This document shows positions 13,282 to 26,200 of a stretch of 64,000 nt of DNA, piece by piece. Source of the DNA: Penicillus capitatus (lineage: Eukaryota > Plantae > Chlorophyta). The position numbers and the translations under genes are program-made. Location: positions 372,001 through 436,000 of the forward strand of contig OZ287705.1 in the NCBI GenBank assembly GCA_965649825.1, read 5' to 3'. Position 1 is the stretch's first letter. Each line of letters begins with the position of its first letter. The notes below the pieces were generated by a model. That model worked only from the letters and a program-made list of their open reading frames with translations. It was not told the DNA's origin and searched no databases.

Positions 13282-14080
13282 TCAGGCGTTCACATCATGG
13301 TCGTCCTGGTTCTCAAACATCCTCACAAAACGGTGAAAGCGCAAACGGCTTTGAGGATGTATGATTTTGCAATAGAGCGGTCGATAAAGATCCACCTCAC
13401 GACGAAACGGGGAACTCACAGCAAGGCGGATGCGTATCATTAGGTTTACATACTTGACGTTCACCAGTCCAAAGTAAGGTGAAATGACGTTCAATCTGAT
13501 CGACTTGAATGAGGAGGGTCTCAACAATGCCAGGATCTCTGTGACCCCATCTTTGTTGGTCTGTTTCATCTCGATTTCTACGTAGTCTTCGTCTGGTGGC
13601 TTGACGCTGCAGCTGACGACTCTATCGATGACGAATGACGATGCCCTGTCAAGAGTGATGTGAAAACGAAGACGGTTCTCCTGTCTTAAGCGGAAGATGT
13701 AGATTGGGTGCTCTTTCAAGAAGTCGTCGAAGAAGCGCAGGACTTCTTGTGTGTCTTTGAGATGAAACGCTTTCGAAGGGTGGTTCGATTTCAGAAAGCA
13801 CTCGACTTTCATCTCCATCGAAACATCGTTGTCGAAAGCCAGCCGCCAAGCCCACTCTTCGGGAAAGACGTTGTTTGCGGAAGGAGACAGGTCAGTAAAC
13901 ACCTTCTGCGCAAAAAACGGGTCGGAGAAGGGTTAATGCGGTGGGCCGACGTACATTCCGGGGCGCGCGGGTTTTCTTTGAAGCGCCGGTTGTGGGCGGA
14001 AGAAGACGTTCCTGACTGCCTGCCTTTTTCTTCTCTGCGACAGTTTGATGTATGCACCTTTCCACGGAGATGTTGTCCAT
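13282..14080 (-). CDS. Xa1: kinase-less domain X protein, subfamily a (2 exons, 249 aa)
   Basis: ATG 14080 (MDNISVERC..KKTRAPRN), 49-nt GT-AG intron 13906-13954, then KVFTDLSP..HPIYIFRLRQENRLRFHITL..SSFKSIRLNVISPYFG..KYVNLMIRIRL..LYCKII. The 799-nt span minus the intron gives 250 codons; the copy at 61027-61825 has the same structure. Confidence 0.85.
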
Positions 14081-14911
14081 TAGTGCTGTTCTTGTTTCAC
14101 GGCAAAAAACAGCGAGGCGGAATAAGGGAGGCGAAGCTGACGAGGATGTGTGCGAAATGTCCGTTTTCACGCGAGTTCTTAATGTAAACGTCACATCACT
14201 GACCGAGTGACAGCGTCTGGCGTGCTGACGTCGAGACGACAGATAATGAGTGTGTCCGTTCTGTCTTCTGAGAGTCACCGGGAGACTGTTGTCTGTGAAC
14301 AGTCATGCGTGCACGTCTCTGAATCTCAGCGCTTCTGCCTTCAGCGACGCGACGGCGTTACGACGCTATCTTCTGGTCCGTTAATATTGTCTCTTCATTT
14401 GTCGAAGCGACGTGCTCTGGGGCTTGGGAGTCATCGAATGACATCGAGTGGATTTGATCGGCAATCGAGCAGTCACATCACATGACAAGACAGACACGCC
14501 TTGGTCAAACGCACCAGACCTTTGCCGACTGCAATTCTTCGTTGCTGTTCCGCAGACGGTGTCCAGTTTGGCGTTAGAAATGTCGGATGGCAGATGATCG
14601 ACAATCTCATTTTCAGCAGTCAACAAATCAAACTTAAATGAAATAAAACAGCGATAGCGAGTACACAGTCATGATAGTGTTGACACTCAAGCTAATAGAT
14701 ACTTATGCCTTCTTAGGTTGCCCCACGAAAACTACTGGTCACAGTTTGCAGAAGTACTGACAAGACTTCCGTTATCTTGAATCGCAACACGTTGAAAAAA
14801 TCGCACATCCTCAGCACTACAAAATTCGCCATTCTCATTCCCACAGCCTCCGCTAGAGTCACACAGGCTTGGGTGACGACCAAGCAGTCAATAAAATGGC
14901 ATAAACGTCAA

Positions 14912-15628
14912 TCAGGCCGCATAGCGAATTGTCCTGCATTCGAGTTCCATTGCTTTGCGGTATTTACGCTTCTTTCGACCGAGCATACATCCTACGGCAC
15001 TTCGCAACGGCTGTGGCAGGCGAGCCTGTACACTTAATGCAACACGGCGACCAAACGGACATAACGTTGGCGTCAAGCGAGCGACCGTTCTCCAGCAGAG
15101 TCTGTAGCATAGCTCCACTTCACGATTCGATTCTGCCGGGACGACAGTGACGACCATATCAAAACTAAACGCGCTGTTCTTCAATCTTCTGTCGCTTAGT
15201 GACGCTCCGTTCTTCATTTTCAGCAGGGCTATCGGATCAACAACGGCACGCACGTTCGTTTCGATTGGCGATGTCTTGACGACATCGATGTCCAGCTCGG
15301 AACGATCTTCATTCAGCGGGTTGATGATTTGGACAGATGCGACATTGTCGAGGGGAAGCACCCCGTGGTTCGCACTCTCCAGAGTCATACGCAACAGAGA
15401 GGCTTCGTTTTCTCTTGAACTGAAAACGGGAGCTTCCGTTCCTTCGCAGAAAGAGAATGCGTCTCTTCCGCTTAGTGAAGGAGTCGTTCGTGGTGAGATG
15501 GACACATTTCCGAGGAGTGCGTCCTGCACGCGCAAACGGATGGCTTGTCTTAGGAGCAAGAGGGCAGCGTCGGTCGTGTTCGTTGCCCACTCGTCGATTC
15601 CGAAGACCATCTGCACACTGAAGCTCAA
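14912..15628 (-). CDS. Xb2: kinase-less domain X protein, subfamily b
   Basis: Intact 238-codon frame paralogous to Xb1/Xb3. The position equivalent to their ATG is TTG (15628); the next ATG is at 15610, so the start is uncertain. Confidence 0.7.
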   Translation of the reverse strand: MSFSVQMVFGIDEWATNTTDAALLLLRQAIRLRVQDALLGNVSISPRTTPSLSGRDAFSFCEGTEAPVFSSRENEASLLRMTLESANHGVLPLDNVASVQIINPLNEDRSELDIDVVKTSPIETNVRAVVDPIALLKMKNGASLSDRRLKNSAFSFDMVVTVVPAESNREVELCYRLCWRTVARLTPTLCPFGRRVALSVQARLPQPLRSAVGCMLGRKKRKYRKAMELECRTIRYAA

Positions 15629-17352
15629 GCGAAGCTGGGATGAGGAAGGCTCACCAGCAACGCCTCAGAGTAATCCGATCCTCCTGGTCGTGCGCACGCC
15701 ATGAATCGTTGGACTTGTACTCGAGTCACTGCGGTTGTTACAAGCTCGGTTTCGTCGAATATAGTTTCAGAATGTTAGTTGCAACGCCAAAGGGAATTGA
15801 CAGACTGCGAGAACGCAGGATCGATCATCGATTATCATCTGCCGCGTGCTCTTGCTGACGTTGCATCATATGATGTTCATAGATTTCTCATTGTTCGCGT
15901 CGTCGCGCCTATGAAGCGGCAGACCACAATGCTATCGACGATATCTATCCTTCGCAGCAGTGTTTGAAAGTCGAAACGTTACGTCAGCAACATTGCACAT
16001 TCGTCCGTCGCTAAAGTACTGCCTGCTTTCGTTCTCATGATGCGAAAAGCTGGAGTTCGATGACAGAAGTCTGATGGAAATCTCAAGAGTCTGCCGTCCA
16101 CCAAGCTTTCATTTTCGTTTCGGAAGCTTCTTTCAAATCGGCCAACCTCTTCGCCCTTGAGCAGCTTATCAGCGACGCACGATAGCAAGATTCGAAAGGT
16201 GACGATGGTTCGACTCTATCTCGTTAAGGTGTTCTGCAGCAGCATCCGCCTGCGTCATGCGTCGAGATTCCACCGGTCTCGTCTCGGTGCATGACTGCTG
16301 GAGATCGGCAGTGCGCGCTGTAGGTAACGGAACCGCTCCGATGCGTCCACTATCGAAAGATGCGTCTACCTTGGGTGCACCTTGTCACGAACGCCGTGTG
16401 CTTTCGCCACATGTCTTCGCAGTTCTGCGGGAATAGAGTCATGCCGATGATGCACTCTGAAGCACCGCGGATGTCTCTTCCTGCAGATTCTGTCCCGATC
16501 GTCCATTTCATCTAAACTGTTTTCACGATTAAAACGCTGGTTTTACATGCTGTGAAGAAATAGTCCATTCAAGCTTTGTCTGTGATGTAGACGGCGAGGA
16601 GCCACGTTGGCCTCAGACAATTCTCAACAGCACAGCGCGATAAAAATCTTCGAAATGAATTACCCAGATCCTCAGGGCAATGCTAGATGCTGTCTACGAA
16701 AACTGCGACTGGCAACATCATTCGTCAACAGGTTAACCCCTCGAAATAACGACCGCAAAACTGGCTGGAACAGCAGAGTGCCCGTCTGAGGAAATGGTCT
16801 AAAAACATCGGATTCTCAGCCTGATTCGATTCTTCGATAAGACCCCAACTTGTGATAGAAAAGAATGAGAAGGATGTCGAATGGCCATCATCTGTGTTTC
16901 TTAGCGGAACCGGATCTCTGCCAGTGTCGCGAAATCCATTTTCTCTCAATAAGAGCTACCGCTACAAGAATCTTCGTAGAATAATAAAAAACGGACCAGT
17001 GAACTGTGCGTGATACAAAAGATCACATCACGCGGGTCTCGGTTTCCAAGCGCTTCAACAAAATCATGAAATTCAAGTCTAGTGATCGAAAGAGAGATAA
17101 TCATGCATTGCAGTGATAGCACGCAACCAAGGTGCTCAAGCCTTCCTGAATATCCCCTTCAACCCGTCCACTGGTTGTAGAATGCAGAAATAATAAACGA
17201 GACTCCCGTATCTTTGCAAACAGAATAAGAATACTGAAAAAAATCGCCCATGTTCAAAAACACGAAACATGAACATTCCCACGGAAGTCCTGCTACCGTA
17301 ACACAAGCTTGGGGCATAGGGACGCAAGTACTATAAATGAAATGTGTCTATA

Positions 17353-18069
17353 TCAGGCTGCGTAGCGAATGGTCCCGCATTCGAGTTCACCTGCTCTGCG
17401 GGGTCCATGTTTCTTGCGACAGAAGACTCTAGCTGACGCAGTCCGCAATGGTTGTGGCAAACGGGCCTGTACATAAGAAGCCACACTGCGGCCAAACTGA
17501 CCGACCATCGGCGTCATGCGACCGACAGTTCTCCAGCTGAGTGTGTAGCACAGTTCAACCACTTGATCCGAATCTGCTGGGACGACACCGACGATCATGT
17601 CAAAACTGAACGCCCCCTTCTTCAACCTTCTGTTGCTTCCTGGAGCTCCATTTGCCATTCCCCTGATCGCGCTCGGATCCATGAAGGCGGAGATGCGCCA
17701 TTGGATTGGCGATGTCTTAACAACAGCGATTTTCAAGTCGTAACGATCGCCACTAAGCGAATTGACGATTCGAACGTACAAGACATTGTCCAGAGGAAGC
17801 GCCACGTGATTCGCGCTCTCGAGAAACAGACGAGCGACAACTGCCTCATTTTCTCGTGAACCGAAAACGGGACCTCCTTTGGTTGCGTTACGAAAACGAA
17901 AACCATCTTTCGCACAGAGCAAAAGAATCTTCTGCAGTGAAGAGGAAACATTTCCAATGCGCTTAACCTGAAGAGTCGAACAGACGGCCCGTCTTAGGAG
18001 AAAGAGGACAACGTCGGTCGGGTTCGTTGCGCGCTCGTCCACTCCGAAGACCTGAGCAATGAAGCTCAT
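17353..18069 (-). CDS. Xb3: kinase-less domain X protein, subfamily b (238 aa)
   Basis: ATG 18069 MSFIAQVFGVDE...; nearly collinear with Xb1 and ends in the same ..ELEC(E/G)TIRYAA. Confidence 0.75.
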   Translation of the reverse strand: MSFIAQVFGVDERATNPTDVVLFLLRRAVCSTLQVKRIGNVSSSLQKILLLCAKDGFRFRNATKGGPVFGSRENEAVVARLFLESANHVALPLDNVLYVRIVNSLSGDRYDLKIAVVKTSPIQWRISAFMDPSAIRGMANGAPGSNRRLKKGAFSFDMIVGVVPADSDQVVELCYTLSWRTVGRMTPMVGQFGRSVASYVQARLPQPLRTASARVFCRKKHGPRRAGELECGTIRYAA

Positions 18070-20032
18070 GCGAAGCTGCGAAGCGGAATGCTTACCGGCG
18101 ACGGCACAGTGTTCTCCATTTCTCTTTGTCGCGCGGAGGCGCCGCGTTTGAAACGAAAACAGCGGAAGACTTTAAAGTATTCGAAGCAAGGTTTGGAATG
18201 GTTCGAAGCGCTGATTAAGTATGCGCATGATGAAAAGACTTTCTAGGCAAATGAGTCAGCTCGTTGCAGAGCCAGAGAAATAGACCCCGTCACAGAACAG
18301 AAACGCCTCTGACGTGACAACAAGCGTCTCAACACAAACGCGCCCCTTCAAGAACGAGACAGTCACATCGCCAATGCAAATCTTGGCGACACTCTTGCTG
18401 CTGCGCGCTCCATGAATCGTCAGACTTGTACCGTCACGGCGACTGTTACAAGTTGAGGTTATGGTCGAATGACTTCAGAAAAGTTAAACGTAAGGGAATG
18501 TGGACGGATTGGATTTGGGGATGCAAGAACATCTGCTCTTGTACGCCGCGACGCTGATGCTGACGTGACGTTGAATTATCTGACGTATGCAGGCTGATAT
18601 GCTCATTGTTTTTTTGTCTTGATGCGCGTGGACCGACATTCGCTAAAGTACTGTCTGCATGCGCTCTGTCATGAGGAGCAAAGCTGAAGGAAGCCTCAAA
18701 AGTCTGCTGTCCACTGAGTTAGCCCTTTCTTCTCGCGAGCTTCTTTCAAGTCGGCCAAGCCCGCTTCGCCATTGATCCCATCAATGACGCACGTCGGCAC
18801 GGATCGATCTGAAACGTAATGATGATTCGACTCTCTCTTTCATCAGGTGTTCTGCAGAGGCATCCACGTACGTCATGCATTGAGCTTTCGCCTTGTCTCG
18901 TGTCGGTGAATGGCCGCTGGAGAACGGGAGTGGCGCGTTTAGAGCCTGTCTTTGTACGTGCACTTCATTCAAGCCTATCTATCGGACACGACAAAGGTCC
19001 ATTCGTGCAGCCGTGATTGTCAAAGTAACGGCGATACAGAGTATGTAGTGCGATTCAGAGAGATGCCCTTTGCAGTGTGGTGCAGCGAGGCAAGAATTCC
19101 GACGACGCTTCCATTTCCTGCCACATCCATCTTGTCCAGACATCGTACTGAGTCACGGTCGGCGTCCTGTACGATGTAACGTATGAGCAAGGAGCCTGTA
19201 ACCGAGCTGTCCCGCAGACTTCATAGACGTGACGGACAACGTTCAGGCCACGTCGACAGACAGGCCACCACGTGTCCGACAATCTTCGCGATGTCGATAA
19301 ACGTCACATTCGCTTCGTCGAAATGATGAGATCCCTCGATGTTCCAAGAACGCGATCGGTCGATCGCCTCGTCACGAACCGATTCGGCGATAGTTCTATT
19401 TCGACATCGCCGAAGACGCAACGATGCGTCATGGCGAAACCAGAAGGACAGCGATGCTGTGCATCTCTGAAGGTATCCATCCATGTTCTGTACCTGCTGC
19501 CTGCTAGATGACGTCATCCATGGTTCAGCCACTGACCGACGCACATTTCTTCACGTCTCCATACGGACGTTAAGCACATCTAGATCCCCTTGCCTAAAGA
19601 TAGACAGCACACCGTGTGCATACACGTTTCGTCGTCGGTAAAGACAAGCGCCACGAACACGTGTCCACACTTCGTATGACGAGAGGTCCGCCGCGGACGT
19701 AGCTTCTTCGATGGGCTCCATTGACAGCACAGCAACGACCGTTGGATTCGTTCCATACCATTTACTCGTAGGTTGCCCTTTCAAGCCAAGCGTTTTTTCC
19801 ATAGAGCCGAACGAAACGTCGTGCGCACGGCACACCGCTTATTGTCTTGCTTTTTGTTTAAGCCCTGCGACCCGCATCGAATTCTATTACGCGCCGTCAT
19901 TGTTTGCACCGCGTCACCGTGCTGTCTTCGTTCACTTCGTCGTCGAAGCTGCTGAAACCTTTGGCAACACCGTTTGACACGCGAGGCCTCGTTTCTGATA
20001 GCCAGACAGGCCATTCGATTTAGAAGTGGGCC

Positions 20033-22314
20033 ATGGATTTTGGCATGATGTATGGCGGAAGCTTACTTCTCGACGAAGAGCTTTCCGCGAGAGACCCAGC
20101 GACGAGAGAGCCGATGGACTGGTATCATATGGAAGGGGATTCGTGGGACGTCTATCGACAGCCACGGCGTGAAATCTCAGAAGCTACGTGCTACGTCAGC
20201 GCCAGCTCGCACTTCAGTACGACGTCGCCTGAGCTGAGAGGGCGGAGTCATGTGTATTCTCTAGCTGATGCAGGATCTTCTCAGACGGCGGCAGAGACGT
20301 CTCAAAACACAGAGGTCGGTATCGATCGTGAACAAGTGCGTCAGTCCATCATGGCTGCCGCAATCGATGTCTGGATGGCATGCGTACGCAGAGTGATGAA
20401 CCGGACGGCGAAACGTTGAGCAATGGCGCTGGCGTTAGCCATCCGCCGCCGCTCCGGAGAGCACTATCCTCGAGCGAAATCATGCCAAGTCCCTTCTTAA
20501 TGGAAGCAGCAATACAAGCCGGCCAGGTCTTTGCAAACAGGTCCGTCCGTCTGTCGTTCGCATCTATCTCATTGGCGATTCACCGTGCTGTTGTGACAGG
20601 TACTGGATTGAGCAAGGACTTTTTCCAGAAGAGAATCCAAACATCAGATTCGCGATCGACATGTCGACGAAGAAGCGCGTCTGTCTCAAATTCTTCCCGA
20701 ATGCCGTACGCGAATTCGAAAACACCATCCGAATGCATCGCATTCTGAACGAGAGTCCACATATCTGCAAGTTGGACCGGCTATCTCCAAGAGAACATCG
20801 CTGAACAGTGGCGTAGGTTGTTAGCCAGTATCAAGGAACGTGGCTTCCCGCCATGCCTCGTGTACGAGAGAGGCGATTACACCCTTGCCGAGCGATTCGT
20901 CAAAGATCCGCCGTCTATGATCCGCCGACAGGCCGTTCTTCATTCGGTACGCCGAACAGAGCTCTCGGCAGGGGGCAAGCATTTTTCGTTCTGTAGATTC
21001 TCGAGGCACTAGAGAACATCCATGGGCACGACGTGACGCACGGGCGCTTGGAGCCGGAGAAGATTATGTGGTTTTCGGCTGACTCGACCTGGAAGCTCAT
21101 CGATCTGACATGCGCCTCCGGTGTCGATGACTGGACATTGGTCAGTGATGTGACAAGTAAGTATGCGGCGCCGGAAGTGCAATTCGCTGATCAACATAGA
21201 CGTCAACGGATGCTCATGGAACCGGCGGCCGATGTGTGGTCGTTCGGCGTCATCGCGCTCGAAACACTAACAGGTCTGCCTTTCGCGATCGGCGGGAAGA
21301 AGAGTGATCGATGTGGATCAGGGAGGACGTTTGTCGATGGAGAGAGCGTGCGGAAAAGCGTCGCCAACTTCATCTGGGCTTCGGATTCGGAAGCTGGCGA
21401 GTACGAGCACAGATGGCTGTATGCCGATCCCGGCGGGCGACGTTCTGGCAGCGATGAGCAGCGGTACCGTCGCTTTCTGCGGAAGCTGCTCTGCAAGAAC
21501 CCGAAGGATAGAGTCACGGCATCTGATGCACTCGGAGACATTCTGTTCCGCAACGTCGAAGTCGCGTGGCAACGCAGCTACGCCTTAGTCCAGGTGCGTC
21601 TTCGTCTCACTCTTATCTCACTCTTTTGATCACGCTTCCTTGCAGAGCTCACACAATGCACTTCAGACGGATCCCTTTCTCCGGGCGTTGATCGGCGCTC
21701 AGCTGCGGGTCGAGACGAAGGTGGAGGTCTTCTCTGGCAAGGATCCGTCCGACGTGTCGTTCTACTCGAGAGAAGGCAACCATGCCTACACAGATGACGA
21801 CGAAGAACTGGAGGACAGGACGATTTACGTGCTGCGATACGGAGAGCGCTTTCGTTTGCGTCTGACGATCTCCTATGCCGAAGGCTGTCAGCTTCCGATC
21901 CGGGAAATCGAATCCATCGTCCTGAAGACGCGCAAGGGCACGATCGTTGATCTACCGTATCGCATCGAGAACAGTAGGGACAGTATGAAGTTCGACATCG
22001 CTGTCGAGGTGGATCCGACGATCGGCAACTTGAGAGAACAGTTTGCGATCTGTCCGCTCTGCGGAACGGTCGATGAACGCTACCGAAAGGCGACGGTGCA
22101 GCTGAGGTTTCCTGTGGGAGACGATCCCGCTTCGGCGCTGGTCAAGAACTGTGAGATCTATTTTCTGATCGTCCGATCTGGCAGAAAACTGCGCCGTTAT
22201 CGATTGGCGCGATCGATCCGACAGCGATGGTCACGGCTGCCGAAACCCGCCAAACAGACGATCCGTATGATCTATCACGGCGTCTCCAGAGCGGTCGAGT
22301 GTGTTCTGCCATAA
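20033..22314 (+). CDS. K3: multi-exon pseudokinase + domain X; 5' end may extend upstream
   Basis: AGQVFANR|YWIEQG..VCLKFF..HICK|LLASIKERGFPPCLVYERGDYTL..|ILEAL..THGRLEPEK..KLIDLT..AAPE..DVWSFG..LLCKNPKDRVTA..| domain X (ORF 21640-22314). Same intron positions as K1/K2. Confidence 0.85.
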
Positions 22315-23258
22315 AGCACAAACGTAGCGGGATAGTGAACAATGAATGCTTGGGTGGGCAATTCTCTTTGGTCTGTGTCGTGGTAGCTCATGAAAATGAC
22401 AAATGAAGAAGAGGCAAGCGTGAAGCAATTTTTATCTCTAGGAAGGAATTCTTCCATACCTTTCCCATACCATCGTCTTGATGTATATCACACATTTGAT
22501 TCACTCCAGCATCCCGTCTGAAGAACAGAACCAATCACATCTGTCACATCTCAAACGCTGATGGTCGACTCTGAGATTCTCATTGTAAAAGAAAGACGTA
22601 TTTTCTGCTGTTCATTGCATTGGAACGCGAACGAAGTCGCCTGGACGGAGCGATAAGCACTTGGGCAGTTCTGTCCTGAGCATTGAATGTGTAAGGTGCT
22701 TGTTTGTGCGTTCGATGTGATGTCCTGTCACGGTAGCCATCTTAAAATGACAGATCTTTCAGTCATCTGCGTTTGATTTCGAAGAATGGCGAAGTTTAGA
22801 AACAAACGCAGTCGCGCACGTTCTGCCGACGTCACATCGTTCGCATCGCTGCATGACGTACTTAAGGAGGTGGTGAACAGAGCGCGCTGGCCGATGCCGC
22901 GCTTCCTGTCCAGGTCGACAGCGGAATGCGAAGCGGCGAAGAACGCAGTATGGCTGACAGTCATCTCACCAGCGGTGGCGAAGCTTCCGACGCTGATCGT
23001 TTCATCGCCGTTGCTCAGAAATCAAAGTTTACGATTGGTCTGAAATCTTGCGCGCGAAATCGATCGGAAACGCAGAACCGCGCGTAAATCCTCATCGGCT
23101 TCCATCCATCTATAGCGCTGCTCCCTGACCGTCTCCTTATTTTCACGACCGCCCGGAACCGCATACCCTTTATCCTTCTCTTCTCCTATCTCCTTAGCCT
23201 GTTTAAGTGTTTTTTTAACGTTCGCCGCTCTCAACCCGTAACGGACGAGTGAAACCAG

Positions 23259-26200
23259 ATGCGCATTGGAAAAGACACTGCAACCGCATGGGCGATGCCG
23301 AGTGTCCCGCGACGGCGCCTTTCTGTGAAGACATGTTCTCTGCTATGGCTGTTACTTGTCCGCTGCGTTCTTCTGCGTGGCGTGTTTGGCCAAAGTGCGT
23401 ACATGAAAACGTCGCCATCTGCATGCAACGGTCGATTTAGATATCTGCGACGCGTTTGTCGAGAATAATGCGTTGATCGTCGACGCACGGACAGTGGAAG
23501 GCATCGAAGCGTCGACGTTTTTGTTTCAAGATGTGGTCGAGTGTCTCGACGACGGCGCAACGATCCGTTTCGCCGGAGAGCGCTTCTTTGCCGAGGAGAC
23601 GATCCGCATCAACCGAAACGTCTCCATTGCGTCCGCGTCTGAAGGAAAGATCGCTTTTGGGTGCAACGCGAGGCCCGTCTTCGAGATCAGGTCCCCTCGT
23701 CGTCGGCGTTTCGAAAACGGCAACGGGATGTGTGCAGGAAAGCGCGGGTCGATATCGTGGATGTCGTCATCGAGGAGTGCGTGTTGGACAGTGCCGACGC
23801 TCCGCTTGTGGTTGGCTGCGATGCAGCCGTCACTGTCAAGTCGTCGAGATTTCTGCGCAATGCGAACAGTCGAGGAGCCAGTAGCATCAAAGCGATGACT
23901 GGATCCAGCGTCACGATCGAAGACTCTGAGTTTCGAGACAACCGCGGCGAACTGGGGAATGTGATCCTGTCAGACGCAAGCAGCCTTACCGTCAGGAACT
24001 CGACCTTCGCCAACAACAGCGCCAGCAATTCGGAGCGCGGCGGGGGCGTCTTCCGCATCCAAGTGTGCTTTGCCCTGTGGTGTGCCTCAAGGGCCTGTCT
24101 GCCTCTGATGGTGAGAGTGAGGAGATTCGGACGAAGGTGATCGTAACAGGGGAGAGCAGATTTGTCGAGAACAGAGCGGCTGACGGAGGCGCCATTTGCG
24201 TTTCTGGGACTGGCGCTTCGCTCGAGCTCGAAGGAGATGTGCTCTTCAAGGCGAACATCGCCAATCGACGCGGCGGCGCTGTCTTCGTTTCGGAAGCGAC
24301 GCGTGTGACCATCCGCGACGCTTTCTTCGTCGACAACGAAGCAAAGAGCATCGGCGGCGGAGCTCTTTTCGCCGAGGTAGGCGACAGATGTCGCGTAGAA
24401 AGACTGAGCGATCACTTACCGCAGGATCTGAGAAAGAAAGGAGTGGACATTGAGGTTTCCAGCAGCATCTTCGCGCGAAATCGCGCCAGCGGATATGGAG
24501 CCACCGGCGGCGGCATACGTCTCCAGGGAAAAGGCGTGCGCTGTACGTTGTCCAGCTCCGTCACATTCGCACTCAATTCGGCACAGCTCGACGGCGGCGC
24601 AATGCACATCTCCGATCAGGCATCGACGACGATCCGCCACACGACCTTCGTCGGAAACGAAGCCATGGTTGGAGGCGGTGCAGCAGTCTTCATACTGGTA
24701 AGCCCCTGATCATAGACTCGTCTTCGGCGATGTCCTGTTACTGGCATTACAGTCTCTGGAGCAGACGACGGCTTCCACCTTGGACGTGACGGTGACCGAT
24801 TCGACGTTCCTTTTCAACCGAGCCCTGTACAACAAGCGCGGCGGCGGATGCCTCGCTGTCGTCGGCTTTGGATCGAACGTCACCGTTAGCCACTGCAGCT
24901 TCAGGGATAACGAAGGAGGAATTGGAGCTGGCGGCGCTCTGTACGCTTTCCGCGGACCTGTCGTCCGCATCGAGAGCTCACACTTCGAAAGAAACAGGGC
25001 AGAATGGGGCGGCGCCCTCTATGCAGAGGTCATCCGTCGACTTCCTGCCGATCGCTCTTTAACTCCTGCCTTCTGTAGCACGATGCGTCGTTCGACATCC
25101 GATCCACTGCGTTTGTGGATAACTCGGCCGACGAAGGAGGCGCCATGGACGTGTGGGGCGATGTCGATATTGCCATTGACAACTGCACCTTCCAGAAGAA
25201 CCGAGCAGTAATGGAGGGAGGTGCGATCAAGGTGCGAAACTTTGCGTCCGCTGAGGTCGGCCTGGCGTACTTTCGAATGAGCAACAGCCGCGTTGTGGAG
25301 AACGAGGCCGGCACCAACCTCTTTGAAGACAGGCTTTATGGCATCGAGACGCAGGGAGGTGGCATCTTCGCCGAAGGAAGCGGCATCGATCTCGACCTGG
25401 AGAACAACACGTTCCGACGCAATCTGGCTTCCAACGGAGGCGCCTTGAGCATCTACGCCGTCGCCGACTGCAACATCGACCAGAACAATGAGTGAGGATG
25501 ATACAACGAAAGAGTGAGAAGCGAGACTGGTGTCGCTGTAGATTTGCGTGCAACAAAGGCACGTTCGGCGGAGGTCTTTTTCTGGCACTGGACCACAACG
25601 TCCATCCATCCAGACGCAACGCATATCGAGTGGCCAACGCCACTTTCAGGGAGAACCATGTGGAGGTTGAAGGAGGGGCCATTTATGTGACGACCACACG
25701 AACGGAATCCGATTCGGGATCGCTGAATGCGCACAGCTTTCTCGTCCTCATAGAAAAGAGCTCGTTCCGACAGAACACGTAAGTACAGTGAGATGTCGCC
25801 CGCATTCGACTTGCGTGCTCGGATGACAGGGCGAGACACGGGGGCGGCGCTCTGTCCGCCGTCGGATCTGCCGTGAAGGTGCACGAAAACGTTTTCAGGG
25901 AGAACACCGCCCGAGCGAATTCGACCAGTCAGACGAGGCCGTTTCTCGGATACGGAGGCGCCGTGCACGTTCTGACCGGGGCGGCTGTCGAATGCAAGAG
26001 GTCGCTGTTTCTGTCAAACAGAGCGTACGTCGGCGGCGCTGTCTTTGTCCACGACAGCGCCTTCGATGGAGAATCGCTGAACTTCAGCAGGAATGCCGCA
26101 TTCAAGGGAGGCGTTGGCGGCGCAGCGGCAGTCGAGATTTCGAGAGGGAAAAACATTCCTTTCCTTGCGACGGCCAACGAGCAGAGGATGCTCTTCCAGT

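Larger units (their letters stand above)
8990..18960 (-). repeat. Tandem triplication of the Xb unit with flanks (~8990-10240, ~14690-16400, ~17130-18960)
   Basis: Shared flanks, e.g. CATGAATCGT(C/T)(A/G)GACTTGTAC near 10010, 15700 and 18410. 15970-16330 also matches 18640-18950. Confidence 0.8.
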
